Shown here piece by piece: positions 1 through 14,755 of a stretch of DNA of 32,000 nt. A program made the position numbers and the translations under genes. Below the pieces are notes generated by a model. The model was not told the DNA's origin and searched no databases. It was given only the letters and a program-made list of their open reading frames with translations. The stretch comes from Escherichia coli (GTDB lineage Bacteria > Pseudomonadota > Gammaproteobacteria > Enterobacterales > Enterobacteriaceae): NCBI RefSeq assembly GCF_017639005.1, contig NZ_CP067241.1; one strand, written 5' to 3'. Each line of letters opens with the position of its first letter. The stretch's first letter is position 1.

Positions 1-1371
1 ACCTTCGGCACAAGAAACAGTGACGTTCTCACCGTCTTTCATCCGTTCTGTTGCATCTCCACAGCCCACTACCGCCGGAATACCCAGTTCACGAGCGATG
101 ATCGCCGCGTGACAGGTACGACCGCCACGGTTGGTGACGATGGCAGATGCTTTCTTCATGATCGGTTCCCAGTCCGGGTCGGTCATGTCAGTAACCAGCA
201 CGTCGCCAGGTTCGATGCGGTTCATTTCGCTGATGTCATGGATGACTTTCACCGGACCCGCGCCGATGCGATGACCGATAGCACGGCCTTCGGCGATAAT
301 CTTACCCTGTGAATGCAGCGTATAACGCTCCATGACCTGACCGCGTGAGCGCACGGTTTCCGGACGCGCCTGCACAATGAACAGTTTGCCGGTGTGGCCA
401 TCTTTCGCCCACTCAATATCCATCGGGCGACCGTAGTGTTTCTCAATTTGTACGGCCTGTTTTGCCAGTTCCTGCACTTCTTCGTTGGTCAGCGAGAAGA
501 TGTCACGCTGTTCCTGCGGTACGTCTTCGATTTTAACCTGCTTGCCGTGCTCCTGGGTCGGCGCGTAAACCATGCGGATTTTTTTCGACCCCATGGTGCG
601 GCGCACGATAGCCGGGCGATTCGCCGCCAGTGTCGGTTTGTGCACGTAAAACTCATCCGGGTTAACCGCACCCTGCACGACCATTTCACCAAGGCCCCAT
701 GCGGAAGTGATAAACACCACCTGGTCAAAGCCGGATTCGGTATCAATGGAGAACATCACGCCAGAAGATGCGAGGTCGGAGCGCACCATCCGCTGAACAC
801 CGGCGGAGAGCGCCACGCCACGGTGATCGTAACCCTGGTGCACACGATAAGAGATGGCGCGATCGTTAAACAGAGAAGCAAATACATGTTTCACTGCCAC
901 GAGAACGGCGTCAAAACCCTGAACGTTGAGGAAAGTTTCCTGCTGACCGGCAAAAGAAGCGTCCGGCATATCTTCTGCAGTAGCGGAGGAACGCACCGCA
1001 AACGAAGCGTTTTCGTCATCGGCGGAAAGCTGTGCATAGGCTTCGCGGATGGCGTTTTCCAGCTCAGGCTGGAAGGGAGTGTCGATAATCCACTGGCGGA
1101 TTTGCGCGCCCGCTTTCGCAAGCTGGGTAACATCGTCAATATCCGTTTTATCCAGCAGTTCATAAATGCGCTGGTTTACGCCGCTTTGGTCCAGAAACTG
1201 GTTAAACGCGTCGGCGGTTGTGGCGAAACCATTCGGAACGGAAACACCCATTCCGGAAAGGTTAGTAATCATTTCACCCAGGGAGGCATTTTTGCCCCCA
1301 ACCCTGTCTACATCATTCATGCCGAGTTGGTTATACCAAAGCACCAGCGGTGACGAGCCATTGTTGGACAT
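1..1371 (-). CDS. ppsA: Phosphoenolpyruvate synthase, N-terminal 457 codons (3' end lies beyond the left edge)
   Basis: The minus-strand frame is open from ATG (1371-1369) to position 1, which is 1371 nt or 457 codons. It is absent from the ORF track because there is no stop in the window. Translation starts [34 protein letters not shown]. The reverse complement of ~61-126 encodes [21 protein letters not shown], the PEP-utilising phosphohistidine motif. Confidence 0.97.
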   Translation of the reverse strand, partial: MSNNGSSPLVLWYNQLGMNDVDRVGGKNASLGEMITNLSGMGVSVPNGFATTADAFNQFLDQSGVNQRIYELLDKTDIDDVTQLAKAGAQIRQWIIDTPFQPELENAIREAYAQLSADDENASFAVRSSATAEDMPDASFAGQQETFLNVQGFDAVLVAVKHVFASLFNDRAISYRVHQGYDHRGVALSAGVQRMVRSDLASSGVMFSIDTESGFDQVVFITSAWGLGEMVVQGAVNPDEFYVHKPTLAANRPAIVRRTMGSKKIRMVYAPTQEHGKQVKIEDVPQEQRDIFSLTNEEVQELAKQAVQIEKHYGRPMDIEWAKDGHTGKLFIVQARPETVRSRGQVMERYTLHSQGKIIAEGRAIGHRIGAGPVKVIHDISEMNRIEPGDVLVTDMTDPDWEPIMKKASAIVTNRGGRTCHAAIIARELGIPAVVGCGDATERMKDGENVTVSCAEG

Positions 1372-1457
1372 CGAACAATCCTTTTGTGATAAATGAACGG
1401 TTTGAGAAACACATTTCTGCGCATTTATCTTTGCATATTTAACCGGATGAAAAAAAC

Positions 1458-1473
1458 GGTGAATCGTTCAAGC
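1458..1473. promoter_or_regulatory. Probable Cra (FruR) operator in the ppsA-ppsR divergent region
   Basis: GGTGAATCGTTCAAGC fits the Cra half-palindrome pattern TGAATC-G-(A/T)TTCA. ppsA is a known Cra-activated gene. The site is ~90 nt upstream of the ppsA ATG. The match was judged by eye. Confidence 0.6.
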
Positions 1474-1702
1474 AAATATATTTTTTTACTTTTTAAGACT
1501 GATCCCAGCGTTGCGCAAATCTGCTCTCTTCGACAATTTCCACATAAACCATCGGTATAAACGAAACCATAAAAATGAAATGCTGTTTTCATAAAAAATA
1601 AAATTGAAGGTTCATTTATAAACCAGACATAACGTTCTACGCTTCTGTGCGTTTTTAATTTATGCTTTCATAGAATTATGTCTGCATCACGGGAAGAACA
1701 AA

Positions 1703-2536
1703 ATGGATAATGCTGTTGATCGCCACGTTTTTTATATTTCTGATGGTACGGCAATAACTGCGGAGGTATTAGGACACGCAGTAATGTCACAATTTCCCGT
1801 CACTATCAGCAGCATTACGCTGCCGTTTGTCGAAAATGAGAGCCGTGCACGGGCAGTGAAGGATCAGATTGACGCAATTTATCACCAGACAGGTGTGCGC
1901 CCGCTGGTCTTCTACTCCATCGTGTTGCCGGAGATTCGCGCCATCATCTTGCAAAGTGAGGGCTTTTGCCAGGATATCGTTCAGGCGCTGGTTGCCCCGC
2001 TACAACAAGAGATGAAACTGGATCCCACGCCGATTGCTCATCGTACCCATGGCCTGAACCCTAATAACCTCAATAAATATGATGCGCGTATTGCGGCGAT
2101 TGATTACACCCTTGCCCATGACGACGGCATTTCGTTGCGCAATCTGGACCAGGCTCAGGTGATCCTGCTCGGTGTTTCTCGCTGTGGTAAAACCCCCACC
2201 AGTCTGTATCTGGCAATGCAATTTGGTATCCGCGCGGCAAACTACCCCTTTATTGCCGACGATATGGATAATCTGGTGCTACCCGCGTCGCTCAAACCGC
2301 TTCAGCACAAATTGTTCGGCCTGACTATCGACCCGGAACGTCTGGCGGCGATTCGCGAGGAACGTCGGGAGAACAGTCGCTATGCCTCGCTTCGTCAGTG
2401 CAGGATGGAAGTCGCGGAAGTGGAAGCGTTGTACCGTAAAAATCAGATCCCGTGGATTAACAGTACCAATTATTCGGTAGAAGAGATTGCCACCAAGATC
2501 CTCGATATCATGGGCCTTAGCCGCCGAATGTACTAG
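1703..2536 (+). CDS. ppsR: PEP synthase regulatory kinase/phosphorylase PpsR (YdiA, DUF299)
   Basis: The 277-aa ORF is divergent from ppsA. It has the P-loop [15 protein letters not shown], and its length and sequence match the PpsR family. Confidence 0.97.
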
Positions 2537-2547
2537 AAAACTAGTGC
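2530..2547. promoter_or_regulatory. TrpR operator of the aroH promoter
   Basis: GTACTAGAAAACTAGTGC is a near-palindrome matching the trp-operator core GTACTAG-N-CTAGTAC. It overlaps the ppsR stop codon (TAG 2534-2536). aroH is a known TrpR-repressed gene. Confidence 0.75.
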
Positions 2548-2692
2548 ATTGGCTTGCTTTTTTGTTATCATGCTAACCACCCGGCGAGGTGTGACACACC
2601 TCGCACTTGAAATCAGCTGCGATTGGTTTATCGTGATGCGCATCACTTCCCGGTAGTCCTGCCGTAGAAGCAACAAATTTCTGAGACTTGTA

Positions 2693-3739
2693 ATGAACAG
2701 AACTGACGAACTCCGTACTGCGCGTATTGAGAGCCTGGTAACGCCCGCCGAACTCGCGCTACGGTATCCCGTAACGCCTGGCGTCGCCACCCATGTCACC
2801 GACTCCCGCCGCAGAATTGAAAAAATACTGAATGGTGAAGATAAGCGACTGTTGGTCATTATTGGCCCCTGCTCGATCCACGATCTCACCGCTGCAATGG
2901 AGTACGCCACCCGTCTGCAGTCGCTGCGCAACCAGTACCAGTCACGGCTGGAAATCGTAATGCGCACCTATTTTGAAAAACCACGAACTGTTGTCGGCTG
3001 GAAAGGACTCATCTCCGATCCAGATTTAAACGGTAGCTATCGGGTAAATCACGGTCTGGAGCTGGCGCGCAAATTACTTTTACAGGTAAATGAGCTGGGC
3101 GTCCCTACCGCGACTGAGTTCCTCGATATGGTGACCGGTCAGTTTATTGCTGATTTAATCAGTTGGGGCGCGATTGGCGCTCGTACTACCGAAAGTCAGA
3201 TCCACCGCGAAATGGCTTCAGCACTCTCCTGTCCGGTAGGTTTTAAAAATGGTACCGATGGCAACACGCGGATTGCCGTGGATGCTATCCGCGCAGCCCG
3301 CGCCAGCCATATGTTCCTCTCACCAGACAAAAACGGTCAGATGACCATCTATCAGACCAGTGGCAACCCGTATGGCCATATTATTATGCGTGGCGGCAAA
3401 AAACCGAATTACCATGCCGATGATATCGCTGCAGCCTGCGATACGCTGCACGAGTTTGATTTACCTGAACATCTGGTGGTGGATTTCAGCCACGGTAACT
3501 GCCAGAAGCAGCACCGTCGCCAGTTAGAAGTTTGTGAGGATATTTGTCAGCAAATCCGCAATGGCTCTACGGCGATTGCTGGAATTATGGCGGAAAGTTT
3601 CCTGCGCGAAGGAACGCAAAAAATCGTCGGCGGTCAGCCGCTCACTTACGGTCAATCGATTACCGACCCGTGTCTGGGCTGGGAAGATACCGAACGCCTG
3701 GTCGAAAAACTCGCCTCTGCGGTTGATACCCGCTTCTGA
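2693..3739 (+). CDS. aroH: DAHP synthase, Trp-sensitive isozyme
   Basis: The 348-aa ORF has class I DAHP synthase motifs (GPCSIHD, KPRT) and a full-length match to AroH. Confidence 0.98.
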   Translation: MNRTDELRTARIESLVTPAELALRYPVTPGVATHVTDSRRRIEKILNGEDKRLLVIIGPCSIHDLTAAMEYATRLQSLRNQYQSRLEIVMRTYFEKPRTVVGWKGLISDPDLNGSYRVNHGLELARKLLLQVNELGVPTATEFLDMVTGQFIADLISWGAIGARTTESQIHREMASALSCPVGFKNGTDGNTRIAVDAIRAARASHMFLSPDKNGQMTIYQTSGNPYGHIIMRGGKKPNYHADDIAAACDTLHEFDLPEHLVVDFSHGNCQKQHRRQLEVCEDICQQIRNGSTAIAGIMAESFLREGTQKIVGGQPLTYGQSITDPCLGWEDTERLVEKLASAVDTRF

Positions 3740-3744
3740 ATGCG

Positions 3745-3775
3745 TGCCCATTCCTGACGGAATGGGCATTTCTGC
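3745..3775 (+). terminator. Rho-independent terminator of aroH
   Basis: A 10-bp stem TGCCCATTCC / GGAATGGGCA with loop TGAC is followed by TTTCTG. It begins 6 nt after the aroH stop. Confidence 0.75.
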
Positions 3776-3829
3776 GCAACTTGTTGTCTTCTCAACACAT
3801 TACTGCTTGCTCTGGCCCGCCAGAATATT

Positions 3830-3848
3830 GATAATAAGAATCATTGTT
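3830..3848. promoter_or_regulatory. Fur box upstream of ydiE
   Basis: GATAATAAGAATCATTGTT matches 15 of 19 positions of the Fur consensus GATAATGATAATCATTATC. It sits 23 nt upstream of the ydiE ATG. ydiE encodes a HemP-like protein and is reported to be Fur-repressed. Confidence 0.6.
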
Positions 3849-3870
3849 ATATCAATTATTATTAATTTTT

Positions 3871-4062
3871 ATGCGTTATACGGATAGCAGAAAACTCACG
3901 CCTGAAACGGATGCCAATCACAAGACCGCTTCCCCGCAGCCCATTCGGCGAATTACCAGCCAGACACTGTTAGGTCCGGATGGCAAACTGATTATCGATC
4001 ATGACGGGCAAGAATATCTGCTCCGTAAAACTCAGGCTGGCAAGCTGCTGTTGACCAAGTAG
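3871..4062 (+). CDS. ydiE: HemP-family small protein YdiE (63 aa)
   Basis: I used the ATG at 3871 rather than the TTG at 3844 used by the ORF track. The product [18 protein letters not shown]...[26 protein letters not shown] carries the HemP C-terminal signature. Confidence 0.85.
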   Translation: MRYTDSRKLTPETDANHKTASPQPIRRITSQTLLGPDGKLIIDHDGQEYLLRKTQAGKLLLTK

Positions 4063-4065
4063 CCT

Positions 4066-5564
<1,499 letters not shown>

Positions 5565-6278
5565 TTATCGCTGAACCAACGTCGTTATCTGATTTACAGG
5601 AACGGCAGGCCACAGGCATCCCTGGAGAGCATGGAAATCAAAGGGGGTAATCTGTGCCATTATTTCTGGCGTATCAATGCCCCCCGCGATGATGCAATTG
5701 CAACATGGGGAAATTTGCGCCTGGATCGCACGAATAAACGGTTCGAAGGAGCGATGCGTGATTTGTTGCTGAATAAAACTTTTATCCAGCATGACGCGGG
5801 TGAAAAGACCATCAAAAACCGCTTTCATTGTGCTATTGCCTGCGCCCAAATTACCTAACACAAGGGGATACATTTGCGATAAGGAAAAAAGATCGCGATT
5901 ATCTTTTCCTTCATCGAGATGCGGGTAATTCTCATTAATCAACAGTTCAATAAACGGATATTTTAATAGTTCGCCCGCGTAATTATCCCTGTCTAATAAT
6001 AAAGTAGCCACTTGTGGGGTTAAATTAAGCCAGGCAAAGAGTTTATGTTGAATAAAAAAGTGTTGGCATGATTTTAGCAATTCCAACTGCTCAGAAAATA
6101 ATTGCCAATGTTGCTCCTCGGTAAGTTGCGCTATAACCCGACTCGTCGGTATACGAACCGTACCATCTTCACTGGAGAAATGGGTAATTAACTCAACGCC
6201 GACAAGGTCTTGCTGGTTATCTCTTATCGGCAGGAAATAGCAATCAGAATGATAAAGATTCTCCAAAAAAATCTTCAT
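5565..6278 (-). CDS. ydiV: Degenerate EAL-domain protein YdiV, anti-FlhD4C2 factor
   Basis: The 237-aa ORF has ELI in place of the EAL motif (VGVELITHF). Its sequence and position match YdiV. The gene is visibly AT-rich. Confidence 0.95.
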   Translation of the reverse strand: MKIFLENLYHSDCYFLPIRDNQQDLVGVELITHFSSEDGTVRIPTSRVIAQLTEEQHWQLFSEQLELLKSCQHFFIQHKLFAWLNLTPQVATLLLDRDNYAGELLKYPFIELLINENYPHLDEGKDNRDLFSLSQMYPLVLGNLGAGNSTMKAVFDGLFTRVMLDKSFIQQQITHRSFEPFIRAIQAQISPCCNCIIAGGIDTPEIMAQITPFDFHALQGCLWPAVPVNQITTLVQR

Positions 6279-6484
6279 GGTAACCGTCCCTCTCGAAGGA
6301 TGTTTTTCAGTATCCGGCTAAAAGGGATGAGGCCATAAGACATAACAATTACAGAAGGAGTAACTTTCATTTGTTCCATGTTAACCACTTTTTCAGGGGT
6401 CCTTTTATTAGATTATCCTGATTATAAACGAATAATCCATTTACGGAATTTTTGTCTGTAAAATACTACTGTATTCAGGAGTAA

Positions 6485-6513
6485 ATGGACGGAGATGTAT
6501 CATCGCCGTCCAT
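6485..6513 (-). terminator. Probable terminator of nlpC
   Basis: The stem ATGGACGG / CCGTCCAT has an inner GATG/CATC helix. It lies 12 nt downstream of the nlpC stop. On the minus strand it is followed by UUUACUCCU. A T-run is also present on the plus side. Confidence 0.6.
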
Positions 6514-6524
6514 TTTTCGACATA

Positions 6525-6989
6525 CTAGATTCGTCTCGCCTGCCAGAAATTTTTCTGCCAATAAACATTATCGAGTGAGGAACGCATCACTCCCTTGCTG
6601 GTAGAGGCGTGGATAAATTGGTTGTTGGTATCGTAAATACCTACATGCAAACCATTTTGTCCGGAGCCCGTTTTGAAAAAGACCAGGTCACCAGGCAGCA
6701 ACTCGTCTTTATCAATTTGCGTGCCGATAGAGGCTTGTTCTTTGGTTTCTCGGGGCAGCTGCAAATCGAAACGATCGCGCATCGTCACAACCACAAACCC
6801 CGAACAGTCCACACCGCGCCGCGTCATGCCACCATAACGATACGGCGTGCCATGCCAGCTCTGTAGCTGGTCGTTCAAACCGGCAATAACGGTAATCGAA
6901 TCAGAAAGTCTGGCATTTGGCGGCGGTGCTTTATGGTGGCTACACCCGGCCAGAAACAGTGCTGTGATCAAAATAAGGCAGAAACGCAT
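6525..6989 (-). CDS. nlpC: NlpC/P60 family lipoprotein peptidase
   Basis: The 154-aa ORF has a lipobox LFLAGC (Cys16) and the NlpC/P60 catalytic motif DCSGF. Confidence 0.95.
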   Translation of the reverse strand: MRFCLILITALFLAGCSHHKAPPPNARLSDSITVIAGLNDQLQSWHGTPYRYGGMTRRGVDCSGFVVVTMRDRFDLQLPRETKEQASIGTQIDKDELLPGDLVFFKTGSGQNGLHVGIYDTNNQFIHASTSKGVMRSSLDNVYWQKNFWQARRI

Positions 6990-7066
6990 TCCGTACGGTT
7001 CCTCTGTTTTTTATTCTTGCATTAATTTAGCGTCGTAATTACCCGATTTTCAAGATACTAATGAAA

Positions 7067-7816
7067 TCAGATGGTCGAAATCAGCATTCTGTGACCTTCG
7101 ATATCCAGACGGCGAAAATTCATCCCATAGGCCTGCGCCAGATTTGGCGGCGTGAGCACCTCTTCCCTGCGTCCACTGGCCAGCATTTTTCCACCTTTTA
7201 GCAACCACGCCCGATGCGCATGACGCAATGTATGGTTGAGATCGTGACTGCTCATCACAATCGCCAGTCCTTGCTGACACAGCGCGCTCAGAATTTTGTC
7301 TAACGCACTTTGTTGCGCAACATCAAGACTGTTCATAGGCTCATCAAGAAGTAGTAATTGGCCTGCGGGATTGGCTTGTGGTGTGATTTGCAGCACCACC
7401 GCAGCAAGACGTACGCGTTGCCATTCGCCGCCGGAAAGTTGATTGGTGCTACGTCCGAGTTTGTCATCAAGAGCCAGCGCCCCTGCGACATCATTCAGTA
7501 GTTCGGTACGCGTTTTATCGTGCTGATGCAGTGTCAGGTAGTGCCAGACCGGCATTGCAAACGGCGGCGTCTGCTGTTGTGAAAGATAGGCGCGATGCAG
7601 CGCGAGTTTTGTTGCGGACCATGCTTCCAGTGGTTGCCCCGCGAACTGAATGCTTCCCTTACCGCTGGTCATTCCGGCCATTCGTGCAAGCAAGGTACTC
7701 TTACCCGCGCCGTTCGGCCCCACCAGGTGCAGGATCTCCCCAGCCCGAACCTCGCCAGAAAGCGGCCCCAGGCGGGTAGATTCCGCAACATCCTGTAACT
7801 GCATCACAATAGACAT
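7067..7816 (-). CDS. btuD: Vitamin B12 ABC importer, ATPase subunit
   Basis: The 249-aa ORF has Walker [10 protein letters not shown], signature LSGGEWQR and Walker B LLLLDEP. Its ATG overlaps the btuE stop (TAATG at 7814-7818). Confidence 0.97.
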
Positions 7817-8367
7817 TATTTTGCCAACGCCAGTTTAATGCTTTCCATCACAATGGGATCTTCCGGCGTCATATCCGGGGAAAAACGCTGGATGACCAAT
7901 CCGTCCCTGCCAACTAAAAATTTCTCAAAATTCCATAAAATATCATCAGGGTACAGCGGTGCACGACCTTTGCTGACCATACGGGCATAGAATCCGCTCT
8001 CTTCCGGCGCGACTGCGGTCGGCGCTGCGGCAATCAATTTTTGATACAGCGGATGGCGTCCTTCGCCATTAACTTCAATCTTACTGAACATCGGGAACGT
8101 CACCCCCCATGTGGTGGTACAGTAAGTTTTAATCTCTTCATCGCTGCCCGGTTCTTGTTCCAGAAACTGGTTGCACGGGAATCCCAGCACCACAAAACCA
8201 CGATCAGCCCAGGCTTTCTGAATATTCTCCAACTGCTCATATTGCGGCGTTAAGCCACACTTTGAGGCGACATTGACAATCAACAGCACATTACCGGCGT
8301 ACTTCTCCAGCGTGGTCACTTCACCGTCGATATCTTTCACTACGGTCGTCAGAATGGAATCTTGCAT
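7816..8367 (-). CDS. btuE: Thioredoxin/glutathione peroxidase BtuE
   Basis: The 183-aa ORF has GPx motifs [15 protein letters not shown] and WNFEKF. Confidence 0.97.
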
Positions 8368-8429
8368 CGTTTCTCCTGGGTGTGGTCAGTAAAAATCTTA
8401 GCTTTTAATCATAGACCGTCTTTTTGCGG

Positions 8430-9410
8430 CTAACGTCCTGCTTTTAACAATAACCAGATAAACACCGGCGCACCCAACGTTGCGGTGACCACGCCAATAG
8501 GCAGCTCTGCGGCAGCTAATGCCAGGCGCGCTACAATATCGGCCAGCAGCAATGCGCTCGCCCCTGCCAGCGCGCAGCCGGGAAGTAATACGCGATGATC
8601 GGTTAAACCACACAGCCGGAGAATATGTGGGATCACCAGACCAATAAAGCCGATAGCACCCGCCAGCGCCACACTGACGCCAACCATCCAGCCGGTCGCT
8701 GCCACCAACACATTGCGCCAGAACCACAGGGGTAAACCCAGTTGCCGCGCCGAGATCTCGCCAAGTGCTAACATATTCATTGGCCTGGACTGACAACAGA
8801 TCCACAACAACACGGGGATCAATGCCAGCATCAGCCAGCTTTGCCGCCAGTCTACGCCGCCAAAACCGCCCATCATCCAGTACATCAGCTGACGTAAATC
8901 AACAGAGGTGGAAAAGTAGATAGCCCACGTCATTAGTGCGCTACAGATAATCCCTAATGCAACGCCAGCCAGCAATAACCGACTGGTCGAAAGATGACGA
9001 CGGGCGAAACGTAAGAGTATTAAAGTGATGATAAGCGCGCCAGCAATCGCACACAGCCCCAGCGCCCAGTTGGGGAGTTGCCCTTGCCCAAGCAATACCG
9101 CGGCGATAAGCCCCACGCCTGCGCCATTAGAGACGCCAAGTAGTCCAGGTTCTGCCAGAGGATTTTCAAACAACGCCTGCATTACAGCGCCGGATATAGC
9201 CAGCGCCGCACCAACCAGCAATACAGCCAGCGTACGTGGCAGGCGAATTTGCCAGACGAACAGTTCGCCACGAGGAGTAAACCAGTCACCTGGCGAGATC
9301 CATTGTTCACCGGCGCAAAGGCTTAAGAGAAGCGCCAGCAGCATCAAAACTGACAGGCATAATAACCAGCGAATATTTTGTCGCTGTTGTTGGCGGGCAA
9401 GTGTCAGCAT
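8430..9410 (-). CDS. btuC: Vitamin B12 ABC importer, permease subunit
   Basis: This is a polytopic FecCD-family membrane protein. I chose the start at MLTLARQQ (9410), giving the 326-aa BtuC length. The ORF track begins 3 codons upstream at 9419. Confidence 0.94.
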   Translation of the reverse strand: MLTLARQQQRQNIRWLLCLSVLMLLALLLSLCAGEQWISPGDWFTPRGELFVWQIRLPRTLAVLLVGAALAISGAVMQALFENPLAEPGLLGVSNGAGVGLIAAVLLGQGQLPNWALGLCAIAGALIITLILLRFARRHLSTSRLLLAGVALGIICSALMTWAIYFSTSVDLRQLMYWMMGGFGGVDWRQSWLMLALIPVLLWICCQSRPMNMLALGEISARQLGLPLWFWRNVLVAATGWMVGVSVALAGAIGFIGLVIPHILRLCGLTDHRVLLPGCALAGASALLLADIVARLALAAAELPIGVVTATLGAPVFIWLLLKAGR

Positions 9411-9472
9411 GGTATCCATTCTGCTGAAGTGTCATGGCGTTGATTTTACGGTGACTCTTCGACAGTGAAAAG

Positions 9473-9498
9473 AAAAAAGGCCGCAGAGCGGCCTTTTT
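9473..9498 (-). terminator. Rho-independent terminator downstream of ihfA (symmetric A/T tracts, possibly bidirectional)
   Basis: The sequence is AAAAAAGGCCGCAGAGCGGCCTTTTT. A GC stem GGCCG/CGGCC is flanked by an A6 and a T5 run. It lies 13 nt after the ihfA stop. Confidence 0.8.
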
Positions 9499-9510
9499 AG
9501 TTAGATCAGA

Positions 9511-9810
9511 TTACTCGTCTTTGGGCGAAGCGTTTTCGACCCGGCTTTTTAACTTCTGCCCGGGTCTGAAGGTCACCACGCGCCGTGCTGTAATGGGAAT
9601 ATCCTCGCCCGTTTTCGGGTTACGTCCCGGGCGTTGATTCTTATCACGCAGATCGAAGTTACCAAAACCAGAGAGTTTCACCTGTTCGCCGTTTTCCAGA
9701 GCGCGACGGATCTCTTCGAAAAACAGTTCAACCAGTTCTTTGGCATCCCGCTTGCTAAGCCCAAGCTTATCAAACAGATATTCTGACATTTCAGCTTTTG
9801 TAAGCGCCAT
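9511..9810 (-). CDS. ihfA: Integration host factor alpha subunit
   Basis: The 99-aa ORF is HU/IHF family ([41 protein letters not shown]). Confidence 0.98.
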
Positions 9811-9814
9811 AGGT

Positions 9815-12205
<2,391 letters not shown>

Positions 12206-12216
12206 CTATTCCTGCC

Positions 12217-13242
<1,026 letters not shown>

Positions 13243-13261
13243 TTAATTTTTTCAAAACGCG

Positions 13262-13292
13262 CATACAAAAAAAGCCTCCACTGGGAGGCTTT
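13262..13292 (-). terminator. pheST attenuator terminator
   Basis: The minus-strand RNA reads AAAGCCUCC-CAGU-GGAGGCUUU followed by UUUUGUAUGC. It sits between the pheM leader peptide and pheS. This is the classical Phe-controlled attenuator. Confidence 0.85.
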
Positions 13293-13338
13293 CAGGCGCT
13301 GTTTTCCGTTTCTCTTCTCACGCGCTAGCCTCCTGGAG

Positions 13339-13383
13339 TCAGGTGCTAAAGTAAAAAAAGAAGCGGAAAATAGCAGCATTCAT
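13339..13383 (-). CDS. pheM: pheST operon leader peptide (14 aa, 5 Phe codons)
   Basis: The reverse complement reads ATG AAT GCT GCT ATT TTC CGC TTC TTT TTT TAC TTT AGC ACC TGA, which translates to [14 protein letters not shown]. It is too short for the ORF track. Confidence 0.9.
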
Positions 13384-13473
13384 TGCTTGCGTTACCTTTT
13401 GGTACTCTTCAAAAGACCTTTATTGAAAAGGCTACGGCGATAAAAGTCAATGTTTTGATGGCGTTGAAACGAA

Positions 13474-13496
13474 AAGAGGGAGACTAGCTCCCTCTT
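13474..13496 (-). terminator. Probable terminator after rplT
   Basis: A 9-bp stem AAGAGGGAG / CTCCCTCTT is followed on the minus strand by UUUCGUUUC. It begins 10 nt after the rplT stop. Confidence 0.7.
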
Positions 13497-13505
13497 TCAA
13501 CTGGC

Positions 13506-13889
<384 letters not shown>

Positions 13890-13915
13890 TTAAAAAGTTA
13901 AAAAACGTTAACGGC

Positions 13916-14137
<222 letters not shown>

Positions 14138-14209
14138 TTAATAAACGAAACAAAGGCGAACAATGCCTGTGAAGCCCAAAGGCTCCACAGACAGTGCTAC
14201 TTGAAGGCC

Positions 14210-14755
<546 letters not shown>

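Noticed and set aside
394-1353. A 319-aa plus-strand ORF, plus smaller ORFs at 109-312 and 1166-1396.
   Set aside because: It lies entirely antisense to the unambiguous ppsA reading frame. The protein is low-complexity and rich in R, H and V, as is typical of shadow ORFs opposite highly expressed genes. It has no SD.
2584-2646. A 9-bp hairpin GCGAGGTGT-GAC-ACACCTCGC and the 14-nt palindrome GTGATGCGCATCAC in the ppsR-aroH spacer.
   Set aside because: They are most simply a 5'-leader stabilising hairpin of aroH mRNA or a weak ppsR terminator. No U-tract, ORF or riboswitch-like conservation is discernible from the sequence alone.
3534-3887. A 117-aa plus-strand ORF spanning the aroH 3' end and the ydiE promoter, and the TTG (3844) extended start for ydiE.
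   Set aside because: It is out of frame with aroH and runs through the aroH terminator and the Fur box. The ATG at 3871 reproduces the known 63-aa HemP-like YdiE.
8398-8805. A 135-aa minus-strand ORF overlapping the 3' part of btuC in another frame.
   Set aside because: It is out of frame and overlaps a well-supported permease gene. It has no SD and no recognisable sequence.
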